Below, one piece after another: positions 29,070 to 39,900 of a stretch of 64,000 nucleotides of DNA. Positions within the stretch are counted from its first letter, which is position 1. Every line of letters begins with the position of its first letter. The notes below the pieces were generated by a model. The model searched no databases. It was not told the DNA's origin and was given only the letters and a program-made list of their open reading frames with translations. A program made the position numbers and the translations under genes. Source of the stretch: a virus; IMG/VR virus record IMGVR_UViG_3300042305_002284, positions 32,001 to 96,000 of that record; one strand, given 5' to 3'.

Positions 29070-32000
29070 ATGTCTGATTTCAACACAAGAGGTAAACTTC
29101 CGTTTACTATTGTTAGTTCTTCTGTGAATACCGGCTATGCTGCCGCTCTGACTGCAAGTGTTGGTCGCAATATAGACATTGTAAACAAACACAAAGACGA
29201 ATACGGACAGACAAAAGACTCTCCTGCACAAGGTCCATTTACAAATCAACATGTTGGTGGTAATCAACACCGCCATCAACCAATAAATACTGGAAATGAT
29301 AATCAGAATAACCGAGGAGAAGCATATATCGTATCTGCCTCTGCGGGAAGTATAAAAGTATATGGACCAGATATAAATGGTTTAGATAAACCAAGAAGTC
29401 TTCTAACTCGCGATAATACGGCCAAGTCTCCGGTAAATATAAAAAATATACAAACAAGTGGAAATATTGCTGGTAACTTTGAATACAACTATCAAGTTGT
29501 TCAAAGTGTTGGCCGCAGAACTACAAACAATCTCATAAACGATGGTTTTGAAGCAAGTGGAAGTCTAACAACAAAGTTCGTTTCAGGTTCTCATGAAATA
29601 TACACTCTTCCAAATATAACAAACAATAGTAAAAGTATATTTGTTGAGCGTTTCAATGCTCCCGGTGGAAAAGAAGAAAGTTCAAGAGGAGCACTTGATC
29701 GTGAAGGTGAAGAATTTTCGCCCAATAACTCTCTTACAACAAGAAACATAAAAGTCAGGCAGCCATATTATAATCAACTAACACAACATGCTGCACAGTT
29801 CAATAGTGGCAGCACAAATAAACTATTGCCAGACACAGGAATAACTGATGCCGTAACGGTTCATGGTGTAAACAGAAATACAATAGAAAAGGTTTTGACG
29901 TTTCCAGAAATAATGTCACAAAAATCAATATTGAGTGGCTCTTTGGCGACGGATTCTAACGATAACTTTGGTTTTTCTATTGCAATGAACTCCACGGGTG
30001 ATCGTGTGGTTGTTACTGCCTATACTGATGAGAAAATTAGTGGAAATTCTAACATTGGTTTGGCTTATGTGTTCATCAGTGGAACCGGTGGCTGGTCTGA
30101 ACAACACATATTAAGCGGTTCTTTGGCAACAGGTTCTTCAGATCAGTTTGGCGATTCCGTAGCAATGAATGCTGATGGCGACAGAATAGTCGTTGGTGCT
30201 ATTTTTGATGAAAAAAGTGGAAGTGCTAATAGTTCTGGTTTGGCTTATATATTCGTTAGTGGAACCGGTGGTTGGGCAGAACAACACATATTGAGCGGTT
30301 CATTGGCAACAGGTTCAAGCGATGGTTTTGGTAATTCTGTTGCTATCAATGCTACTGGTAATTGTGTCGTGGTAGGAGCTAGAAATAATGAAAAAAGTGT
30401 CATCACCGCTAGTTCTGGTTTGGCTTATATATTCGTTAGTGGAACCGGTGGTTGGGGAGAACAACACATATTGAGCGGTTCATTGGCAACAGGTTCTTTT
30501 GATTTTTTTGGCACTTCTGTTGCTATCAATGCTACTGGTAATTGTGTCGTGGTAGGAGCTAGAAGTGATGAAAAAATCAGTGGAAATAACAATACTGGTT
30601 TGGCTTATATCTTTGTCAGTGGAACCGGTGGTTGGGCAGAACAACACATACTGAGCGGCTCATTTGCTTTAGAGTCTGATGACTTTTTTGGCAATCACAT
30701 TGCTATTAATGCCGCTGGTGACAGAATAGTGGTTGGTGCTTCTTTTGATGAAAAAAATAGTGGAAATATCAATACTGGCTTGGCTTATATATATGTCAGT
30801 GGGGCAAGTGGCTGGACAGAGCAACAGATATTGAGCGGCTCTCTGTCGACAGAAAGTAGCAATCAATTTGGCTATTCTGTTGCTATCAATAATAGCGGAG
30901 ATCGCGTCGTTGTATCAGACACATATGATCTTGCGAGTGGTCAATCGGGTATTGTTTATCTGTTTGTTAGCGGAGCAAATGGTTGGACTCAAAGACATAT
31001 ATTTAGCGGTTCCTTATCAACAGAGCCAAATGACTTTTTTGGTTCTTCTGTTGTTATGAATGCTGCCGGTAGTCGTGTTGTGATAGGCGCAACAAGTGAT
31101 GAAAATATTATTGGAAATACCGAAACAGGTCTTGCTTATATATTTGATACAACGCAAGAAGAAGAAATAATCAATCTAACAACCCATGATAACTTCTGGG
31201 TTCAACACGCAATACCATCAACTGATCTAAGGTACAAATGGATTGCTGAATCTGTATCAAGCAGTCAACAACCAATACAATATCAAAGTTACAATCTGCC
31301 ATATTCAACAGGTAGTTTATATAACTCCAATGGAGCATATACTGACATATCTTTTGAACAAACAGGACCATTTGGCGATCATTTAGGTATAAGTGGCGCT
31401 ATTGATAAAGATGAAATGTTTACAAGCAATTATACAAATACAATGTATAGAGATAGAAAATATTTATTCTTTACAGCAAGCAATGACTGTTTTATAAATG
31501 CTTCAAGTATAGCGCAAGAAATATCTGAAAAAGACTTTTCTGTTTCTTTTTGGGTAAGTTTTCCAACCAGCGCAAGCAATGGAGAAAAAACACTATTAGT
31601 CTATTCTGGTTCTTCAACTCAAAATGAACTTGTAATGAATGTTAGTTCTTCGCTTTGCGGTCTTACAATATCAGGATCTCAAACAACAACAGAATATCAA
31701 CTTAGTTCAAGTTTATTAGATAGTTCTTGGCATTTAGTAACAGTAACAAGTGATGTTACAACGAGAACGCGAAGAATAACAACTGTTGCTGGCAGCGTTA
31801 TTGAAACAACATCATTCCCAACTGTTACAAATGTTTATTTAGATGGCGGCTTGGTTAGCAGAATTTCACAGCCAAATAAAATATTCAACCTTTCTCAAAT
31901 AACACTTTCAGTTGGTAGAGGTTCTGAACTTCAAGGTGGAAGTTTAGATGAAGTATATTTCTGGAATAAAGCTCTAACAGAGCAAGAGATAGTAGAAATA

Positions 32001-35000
32001 TATAGAACAACAAAATCTGATTATGACAAACAGCCAAAGAAATATGCCGAACATAAGTTGGATAATAGCGATATTCCAACTCCAACACACGGTTATTCGT
32101 CCGACATAGAAAAGAATACAACAACACTATTAGATCTTGTTGGAGGAAAAAATCTAACTCTTGTAAACTTTACTTCATCTGTAAATATTCGCCCACAAAA
32201 CAGCGGAATAATAAGCTATTCTACATACTTCAATGGCCCATATGAAGGAGCAAGTTGGAAAAGTATAAGAAACAATGAACATCCAGTAACAAGAAAGCTA
32301 ACAACAGAAAATACAAATATTGTTTCAGTAAGAATACCAGAAGGAACAAAGAAAGTAACAAAAGTTGTTAGAGGTATTCCAGTAACTTTCCAACTTCCTG
32401 GTTCAAGAAAACAAGGACAACTATTAAATGTAAAAGAAAGTCCTGTTTATATAAATAATAAACCACTAAAACACAGGTTTATACTAAAAGATTCACAAGA
32501 TCAAAATGTTGCCATAGAAACAATACACACATATGGAAATAACCTGCAATATTTTGCTAACCAACAACTAAATGATACACTTGGTCTTCTAAAAACAGAT
32601 CGTCAAATATATAATGTTCTTTATGACTACTATTCTGGAGAAACAGAAGAAATAGAAAATCCAATACAAAAGCTTGTTGGATATACCTATTCTGAAACTA
32701 TTTTTCCAAAACCGGGAACAGGACTACTAAAAGAAACTCGTCAAAGAACTGACTATATTACAGATCAGCCAGGTTATAGTATTGATGGTTATGACCGTCA
32801 ACTTGGAACTCAGCGTGTATTTTGGAGAGACAGCCAAGAAGATCGCATGAGAACCCGTAGAGCATACATTACTTCACTTGGAGATCAAGTTGAGAGTTTG
32901 TATGACCTACCGTTTCAAACACCAAGTGTTGCCGCGCTTGAATATGTAAGTGAAAGTAATACGATAGAATATAGTAATACTACGGCTGACCCTTGTTACG
33001 AGTCGCTTGTTGATTTTTCGTATAAAAATTGTTCAGAATTGTTTCAAAACTATCAACATCAAGACACCAGTTATTGCAATGCCGGCGCCGTTCAAGAATA
33101 TTATAGATTTGTTCGCCCTGTCGTTCAAGTGCCGGAACTTTATTTTTTTGAAGACATCAACAATACTAGTCGGGATAATGAAAATGTAATTCTCAACATC
33201 AATGCTGTTAGTGCTATATATAGCGACGTGGTTGATAGTGACCCTTCTTCTTTGAGAATAATTCCATCATATATCTATCAACACGCTGAATGGATAACTG
33301 ACTCATCGCTAATGTTATCTGATTTTAGTCAAACTATATACGAAAGAACGACAAACGATCTTGGTCTAAATAGGGTAACAGAAAAAATATCCGGTAAAAA
33401 TCCGTGGTATGATTCTTATGAAGATTATTATATTGATATAAAAAACCTATCAAATGATAAACTTGTTTCATATTCTAAGATACCAGAATTTATTATATCA
33501 AACCATATTTCAAGTCTTGTTGGAGAATATGGTGGAGATGCAACAAAAATAACTATTGACGAATATACAGATAATTTACAATTTACATATAAAAAATCTA
33601 TTGATAGAGAAAATAAAGACATATGTGAAGAAGATACCATAAATATTGTTGTTGATAGCGTGAAAAAGCTTCTGCCATATAATGGTTTCTATCCACAAGA
33701 TCGCAGTTTGCAACTTGTAAATTATTTGAAAGAGTCTTGGTTGGATACCAGTGCGATAAGAGGCGGCATATACCTAAGATACAACGCAAGCACCGGTTTT
33801 GCCATAGAAGATGTAACAGAAGGTAAATTAGCATCTTATTATAAAATTGCTTCTTTTTTGGAGCCTCTTTATTCTCCTGGAATATTTTACAATTTGATCA
33901 AGTCTGGCATAGCAGTCGATTGGTCGCTATACACAGGAAGTCTACCAGGAAACTTTTCAGGTGACGTTCTTACACCGCTACAAGATAAGCCACAATTTAG
34001 AGTATCTTTTGAGGATCTTGTGAATTTGAGATTTATAAATTCTTCAAGCATTTCTTCTCAAAACAGATTTATGAAATATAAAGAAGTTAATTTTCCACAA
34101 AATGCTGGTGACTATTCTTATCCTGCAAGTGCTTATTTTGATGGTTATTTCGGAGCGAATAGTTCTTCTTTATCAAGTGCTGTTTATACTCTTTCTATAA
34201 ATAACTTTTTGGCAGAAAGTATAAACTTTTTTCTAAAAGACTCCTCGCTAAATACATTTATATCAAAGCCTGATTCTGATTTCGCCACTCTTGATAGCAG
34301 TAAGACATATTATATGGATATTGTTTTGAGAAAAAATGACATCGTCATGTGCGAAGCACATTCATCTTCGCTTGCTGATAGCTTTGGTAAAATGAGTGGC
34401 AGATATTTTGGTCCATCATTTTGGACTGGCTCGGTAGCAGACGAGACAAGAATAGGAAATGGCAGACTGCTAAATGAAACACTAAGAGATCCCGGATACT
34501 GTTCTTATACACCACCATATTACTATGGCGACTCAGTTGCAAGAATATCTTTCAAACCAGATACAACAAGAAAATATAGTCTTGATGAAATATTTGCTGA
34601 CATGCAAATTGAAAACTTCAACACTTCTTTTACAAACAACTCGGTTTATCCATCTGGCAGTCTTTATTCGTCATTTGTAATGCCTATTGAATCTTCTGTA
34701 ACAATAAAAGGCGAAATAGAGCAAAGAGAACAAACAGTTGATATAGCATCAAGAAATGCTGTTTTGGCCAATGCGGTAAGAAAAAACCTACAAAATCTTG
34801 TTGGCACAGCAACAAGTCAAACAGGTATAAAACGATGGGTTATTTCTCCGAAAATGGAGACGCCTGTTCTTGATTTCTCAAATCAAGAGTTTATAATATC
34901 AACAAATATTTTGACGCAATCATTTGCAGACCAACAAATAAAAGACTTTGAACCAACTCACGCTCCTCCAACTGCCAGTGGTTTTGGAAGAGGAATGTGG

Positions 35001-35921
35001 AGCGGCTATGGTGAAATACCAACAGGTGAAAAAGGTATTTTCCTTGAACTTCGTGAAAGTTACCCACGACAACTTGTAAGAGTTCTCAATCCAATAACAA
35101 GACAGTTTGTTGAAACAAACACTGGTTCACTATTGCAAGCATGTGGTTTCCAGCAAACCAATGACAAACTTTCAAAGAGAATCGGCGAACTTGCTGACAC
35201 AAGAGAAATATCAGAAGCAATAGTTATAATACCATATCTTGATACAGCGTCAACAGGCAAAACAATAAGATTTGGTGGCGGGTTTTCAACCCTAACAGTA
35301 AATGATACTGTTGAGATAGAGGGGCACAACTTTATAAAAATAAATCAAAATATATTCAACTACCAAAAAACAAATGTGTTGGCAAACAAACCAGCAGTTG
35401 ATCTCACAGACTTCTCTGTTGGCAACACAAAGATACAAGAAACAAGTATCAGCAGAATGTTGGAGTTGATGAGCAAATATGTCCTACCGCCAAACTTTGA
35501 CTTCCTACTAAACAACGATGTAACGCCATTTGTTATGTATATTGCTGAGTTTACAAGTACGCTTGATAAACAAGATCTTGCCGATATTTGGCAGGGTGTA
35601 ATGCCGAAAATAGCAACAAGAGCAGAGTGGGAAAAGCAAGTTATATCTCACAAGAATACACAGTTTGATTTCTTTCATGGTCAAGGCTTGCCAGAAGATG
35701 TCAAGTTCATGATCTTCAAAGCGAAGAAGAGAGCAGAAATAAACTATTACAAGATGGCTGCTGATTCAAGTGATGACGGATTGTTCCCATCTATTCAAGC
35801 AGGCAAACCACCATCACCATATAGTTTCAACTGGCCTTATGACTATTGTTCTCTTGTTGAAACAGCAAGAGTTGATGTAGAAATAGAATATATAAATAAA
35901 TCGGGAAGCAATAACACATGA
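29070..35921 (+). CDS. Giant (2283 aa) tail/baseplate protein with 7 FG-GAP repeats and a LamG domain
   Basis: Seven FG.SVA.N..G.RVVVGA...GLAYIF repeats; LamG motifs FSVSFWV, WHLVTVT, VYLDG and GSLDEVYFWNKALT; RBS GGAG. Confidence 0.8.
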   Translation: MSDFNTRGKLPFTIVSSSVNTGYAAALTASVGRNIDIVNKHKDEYGQTKDSPAQGPFTNQHVGGNQHRHQPINTGNDNQNNRGEAYIVSASAGSIKVYGPDINGLDKPRSLLTRDNTAKSPVNIKNIQTSGNIAGNFEYNYQVVQSVGRRTTNNLINDGFEASGSLTTKFVSGSHEIYTLPNITNNSKSIFVERFNAPGGKEESSRGALDREGEEFSPNNSLTTRNIKVRQPYYNQLTQHAAQFNSGSTNKLLPDTGITDAVTVHGVNRNTIEKVLTFPEIMSQKSILSGSLATDSNDNFGFSIAMNSTGDRVVVTAYTDEKISGNSNIGLAYVFISGTGGWSEQHILSGSLATGSSDQFGDSVAMNADGDRIVVGAIFDEKSGSANSSGLAYIFVSGTGGWAEQHILSGSLATGSSDGFGNSVAINATGNCVVVGARNNEKSVITASSGLAYIFVSGTGGWGEQHILSGSLATGSFDFFGTSVAINATGNCVVVGARSDEKISGNNNTGLAYIFVSGTGGWAEQHILSGSFALESDDFFGNHIAINAAGDRIVVGASFDEKNSGNINTGLAYIYVSGASGWTEQQILSGSLSTESSNQFGYSVAINNSGDRVVVSDTYDLASGQSGIVYLFVSGANGWTQRHIFSGSLSTEPNDFFGSSVVMNAAGSRVVIGATSDENIIGNTETGLAYIFDTTQEEEIINLTTHDNFWVQHAIPSTDLRYKWIAESVSSSQQPIQYQSYNLPYSTGSLYNSNGAYTDISFEQTGPFGDHLGISGAIDKDEMFTSNYTNTMYRDRKYLFFTASNDCFINASSIAQEISEKDFSVSFWVSFPTSASNGEKTLLVYSGSSTQNELVMNVSSSLCGLTISGSQTTTEYQLSSSLLDSSWHLVTVTSDVTTRTRRITTVAGSVIETTSFPTVTNVYLDGGLVSRISQPNKIFNLSQITLSVGRGSELQGGSLDEVYFWNKALTEQEIVEIYRTTKSDYDKQPKKYAEHKLDNSDIPTPTHGYSSDIEKNTTTLLDLVGGKNLTLVNFTSSVNIRPQNSGIISYSTYFNGPYEGASWKSIRNNEHPVTRKLTTENTNIVSVRIPEGTKKVTKVVRGIPVTFQLPGSRKQGQLLNVKESPVYINNKPLKHRFILKDSQDQNVAIETIHTYGNNLQYFANQQLNDTLGLLKTDRQIYNVLYDYYSGETEEIENPIQKLVGYTYSETIFPKPGTGLLKETRQRTDYITDQPGYSIDGYDRQLGTQRVFWRDSQEDRMRTRRAYITSLGDQVESLYDLPFQTPSVAALEYVSESNTIEYSNTTADPCYESLVDFSYKNCSELFQNYQHQDTSYCNAGAVQEYYRFVRPVVQVPELYFFEDINNTSRDNENVILNINAVSAIYSDVVDSDPSSLRIIPSYIYQHAEWITDSSLMLSDFSQTIYERTTNDLGLNRVTEKISGKNPWYDSYEDYYIDIKNLSNDKLVSYSKIPEFIISNHISSLVGEYGGDATKITIDEYTDNLQFTYKKSIDRENKDICEEDTINIVVDSVKKLLPYNGFYPQDRSLQLVNYLKESWLDTSAIRGGIYLRYNASTGFAIEDVTEGKLASYYKIASFLEPLYSPGIFYNLIKSGIAVDWSLYTGSLPGNFSGDVLTPLQDKPQFRVSFEDLVNLRFINSSSISSQNRFMKYKEVNFPQNAGDYSYPASAYFDGYFGANSSSLSSAVYTLSINNFLAESINFFLKDSSLNTFISKPDSDFATLDSSKTYYMDIVLRKNDIVMCEAHSSSLADSFGKMSGRYFGPSFWTGSVADETRIGNGRLLNETLRDPGYCSYTPPYYYGDSVARISFKPDTTRKYSLDEIFADMQIENFNTSFTNNSVYPSGSLYSSFVMPIESSVTIKGEIEQREQTVDIASRNAVLANAVRKNLQNLVGTATSQTGIKRWVISPKMETPVLDFSNQEFIISTNILTQSFADQQIKDFEPTHAPPTASGFGRGMWSGYGEIPTGEKGIFLELRESYPRQLVRVLNPITRQFVETNTGSLLQACGFQQTNDKLSKRIGELADTREISEAIVIIPYLDTASTGKTIRFGGGFSTLTVNDTVEIEGHNFIKINQNIFNYQKTNVLANKPAVDLTDFSVGNTKIQETSISRMLELMSKYVLPPNFDFLLNNDVTPFVMYIAEFTSTLDKQDLADIWQGVMPKIATRAEWEKQVISHKNTQFDFFHGQGLPEDVKFMIFKAKKRAEINYYKMAADSSDDGLFPSIQAGKPPSPYSFNWPYDYCSLVETARVDVEIEYINKSGSNNT
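29918..31147 (+). repeat. Intragenic tandem repeat, 7 x ~180 bp (FG-GAP beta-propeller blades)
   Basis: ILSGS codons recur at about 29928, 30108, 30288, 30468, 30648 and 30828, with IFSGS at ~30999. Units 3 and 4 are nearly identical in DNA. Confidence 0.92.
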
Positions 35922-36949
35922 CCTATTTCAATCAAAAAGAAGAAGTTATACAAATAGAACTAACCCAGTATGGAAAATATCTTCTTTCCCGTGGAAAACT
36001 AAAACCAGCATATTATGCTTTCTTTGATGATGATATTATATATGATGCAAGATATGCCGGCGTTGATGAAAATGGCGGCACAGCAGTTGAAAGAATAAAG
36101 TCTATTCCAAGAACAAAAACACAATATGTTTTTACTGGAATAGAAGAGCAAGTAAAAAAGAACCTTGAACTTATAAGAAACAACAGAGAGTCAATAAGTT
36201 CTATAAAGTTTTTGCCAACAGCAGACAAACATCATGTATTGAATAAAAGACTTGGAACTTCGTTTCTTGGAGATATAAGGGCACCTTCTCTAAACATCAC
36301 AATGCTTAGTGGAGAAATAGAATCAACTGTTCTTTTACAAACAGGATCTCTTGACAATATCCCTCTTGTAAAAATACCATTGCTAAACCTAAAAGACACA
36401 GAATATACAATATCTGCTAAAAAACAAAATGAAATAATACCTGGCGATAATGTAAAACAACTAAAAGCATATGCAGACGGCACAGCACTGGTTCTCAGTG
36501 AAGAATATATTCTAATAGAAATAATAGAGGGTAATGTTGAAAATGAAATGAAAAACTTTGATGTAGAAATGTTTCTATGCGAAGAAGATCCATCAACAGG
36601 AGAAGAAACATATACTACATTACATTTTGATAAAAAATATGAAGACTATAAAAATGGCATTTTGCTTGATCCACAAGAAACAGACCCGGAAACAAAAAGT
36701 ATATTAGAACAAGAAAAAAGCGCAGATCAACTACGAGTTCAAAACTATTTCAATATATTAGTTGATGAAGAGATAGAAAAAAATCTTATCTGCAAGTTAC
36801 TTACTAATGTAAAACAACAAAATAATCTTTACGATCCGCAGTTTGATTGTAGTGAGTATAATGAAGCAGAAGAACAAAAACGCAGACAGCAAGAAGTTCA
36901 AGATCTTTATTCTCCTTCCTACAATGAAAACGATGTAAAGAAGTGCTAA
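35918..36949 (+). CDS. Putative structural protein, paralog of 43292-44224 at the N-terminus
   Basis: IELTQYGKYLLSRG...YAFFDDDIIY aligns by eye with AVLTDTGRYRMAKG...FALGDDEINY. Confidence 0.65.
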   Translation: MTYFNQKEEVIQIELTQYGKYLLSRGKLKPAYYAFFDDDIIYDARYAGVDENGGTAVERIKSIPRTKTQYVFTGIEEQVKKNLELIRNNRESISSIKFLPTADKHHVLNKRLGTSFLGDIRAPSLNITMLSGEIESTVLLQTGSLDNIPLVKIPLLNLKDTEYTISAKKQNEIIPGDNVKQLKAYADGTALVLSEEYILIEIIEGNVENEMKNFDVEMFLCEEDPSTGEETYTTLHFDKKYEDYKNGILLDPQETDPETKSILEQEKSADQLRVQNYFNILVDEEIEKNLICKLLTNVKQQNNLYDPQFDCSEYNEAEEQKRRQQEVQDLYSPSYNENDVKKC

Positions 36950-36962
36950 TGAGGTATAATAA

Positions 36963-39900
36963 GTGACTGCTACAACCCAAGAAGAAGTATTGTCAGGTAT
37001 TCTTCCAAAAGTAAATATCAATAAAATAACGCTAACAAGTCCAGATGAAAGAATACTGAATGTATCCTTGGACCTAACAATAAAAGAAACTCTGGATGAT
37101 GGCTTTTTTGGCAGTTGGTTTGAGGATATAAATATAAACAAATATATTCTTGTTGAAATAGTCCAGTCCACTGATGCCGCAGTAACAGAAGCACTATCGT
37201 ATTCAAACGATATGATACAACTTTGTAATCTACAAAGACAACTAAAAATAGACGATACAAGAACAAAAGCACTTGCTTATATAACACAAAACAATAAAGT
37301 AAGTGATCTACTTGCACTTCTTGAAGATAAAACAAAGCGCGAAACTATATCTATAAATAAATCTGAAACAAAAATAACAGAAAACATCGCTTATACCAAT
37401 AGTGATGGTGATAAAATATACGAAATACCTTATAAAGTTCAGTTTTCGCTTGACAAGCAGCCAGAACATTTAGCATATTTTGCTGTTTGTTCCATTGATT
37501 TAGATGCTTTGTGTGCTGATTTGAATATAGATTATGATGTTGCTGAATCATTTGAGGAAAATGGAAGAGTTGTAAGCGAGATTGTAATAGATGAATTTAA
37601 TGTTGTAAGTGAAACTTATGTTTATGTCGATAAAAATGGAGTTGTTTGGACCGGTCCGGTGCATGAAACAGAACAGGGTCTATGGCGTAGCGGAGACGAT
37701 GAAACAAGCGAATCTATAAATCTTGACAGAATACTTGTAACCAACACAAAAGTTCAAGATTTTCGCAGATTCAACCGTATAGAAAGATTGATGGTTGATT
37801 TCAATAATGTAAATAGTAGATATGTTGATGGTTCGTTGGTTCAAGATTTTTCCTTGTTGACAGAAACAACAGCAAACAATATAACAAAAATACAATCTGT
37901 TGATTATAAGCCAGACAGATATACGGCGCAGTTTACCGAAGCGTTTTCTTCAACAGATGCTAATGGAAACTATAAGTTTTTATTTGGAGTAAACTTTTTA
38001 GAAGTTTTGAAAAGTCATTCAAGATTTGCAAAACTTTTTGAGACAAATAGTGATACATTCAAAGAAGAAAGCATTCAAAATACAAGAATATTAGATTTAA
38101 AACTTTATAGAACAAGAATAAAAAATGCTGATAGCAAGCCTTATGAAAAACTAAATCCAGAAGAGCCAGACGAGTTGATATTACAGACAAAAGATATATC
38201 TTGGAAGAACTTTATAAACATAAACAATGATCTGTCAGCAATAAAAGAAGCAGATATTCTTACAAATAATACAAACAACTTTATAAGATATTTTACTGGT
38301 ATAGATAAAACTTTCAAAAACTTGTCTGACGGTGTTTATCAATATAAGATTGATTTTGAAATAGAAGATGGAGTTGTTGAGTTTATACAAGATAAACTAT
38401 CGCAACTTGAAATCGCAAAAAAACAACTGGTTGAATATTCAAATAAAATCAGCAAGCCAACTATGAGAAAATTCATTGTAGACAATACCAATCCACATAT
38501 TGAATCGCCAAGTGAATATTCGCAAAACTCTCTTGTAATGGATTATGGTTATGATATTGTTACCAATAAACTATCTCCACAACTTATTTCAAAAACTATA
38601 AGAGAATACGGTGGAATAACTTCTATTACAGCGCCATGGAACACATGTTCTGCCACTCTTGCTTATATTTTAGATATTTTTAGTTCTGAAATATCAACAG
38701 AGCAAGATAGAGAAGAAATAGTGCGCTCTATTTTTGACATGTTGAGTCCCAACTCTACCAATCCACAAATAGTTGCCAGAGCAATAGAGATGATAGATTA
38801 TTTTATAACCAATATATCAAAAACATTTGATATAACTGTTGGCGATAATAGTTTTGCTTCTAATACAACTTCAACTATTAGTTCAAAAACTAATAAAACT
38901 TTCAAAACCACAAAAGTTCTTGAAGGCGTTGGCGATACATCTATATCAAAATCATTCGGTATTGACTATCTGTCTAACACAACCTCTCAGCCAACCGGAG
39001 AAGAAGGATTGCTTGTTTTATCTTCCCAGCACATGTTGACAAGAACTCAAAATGAAATGTCAAAGTTTTTTACAACACAAGATCCAAATATATCTTTTTC
39101 CAATACCGGTGATAACTTTCAAGACTTGAAATATTCCTATTTTACTCCAACAAGAATAGACTTCCCAAACAAAACAACTGTTTTATCAAGACTTGATAAT
39201 GATAACTCGCAGGGAAATACAAGAAGCATAGATTATTTTTATGAAAATGCGAACAACTTTACAAAAGCAGTTTCCTTACAAGCCGACATAATCAACTTCA
39301 AACTTGATGTTGGAGGAAAGAATAGATTTTTACCAGAAACAAAAAAACAATCTTCACAAGAACAACTAACTCCGGCACAAAGAAGAGGACAAGCATTAGA
39401 ACAAAAAGACATTTCAATAAATAAAATGAAACAAGTTCTTGCAGAATATTCCAGCACAACATTTATGGGATATTCTGTATCGCAAGAAGTCAATGTGGAA
39501 GGTCAGCAAAACATAACTCAACTTGAAAGATTTATGAGTTCTTTGAGTTCTGATGCTCTTCGTCTGAAACAAACATTTGGCTATAAAAAATCAAAAAATA
39601 GCAGCACATTTGTTCCGAACTATGTTGAAGAAGATTACATAAGAAATCTATCCGAACTAAATCCAAATAGCATAAGAATATCAAATGATCGCATAACAGG
39701 CTTTCGAAAGGTCTTTCCAGTCTCACTACTTGGAAATGTGCCAAATCAACTAAGGGCTATCATATTCAAGCCACAAGAACTACAAGTAGATATAGCGAGT
39801 TCTATAACAAATACAAATAATACTTACAGTATAAATGTTGTAAATAAAGCAAAAAACTATTTTCATTTTGAGATGATCGCACAGATTGAATATCTTGAAG

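Noticed and set aside
30230-30600. Near-identical repeat pair as a DGR template/variable repeat
   Set aside because: Differences are not adenine-specific (e.g. GG to TT, C to T), both copies are in-frame propeller blades, and no reverse transcriptase is in the window.
29918-31147. CRISPR-like array
   Set aside because: The 180-bp period is in-frame coding sequence, with no short repeat/unique spacer structure and no cas genes.
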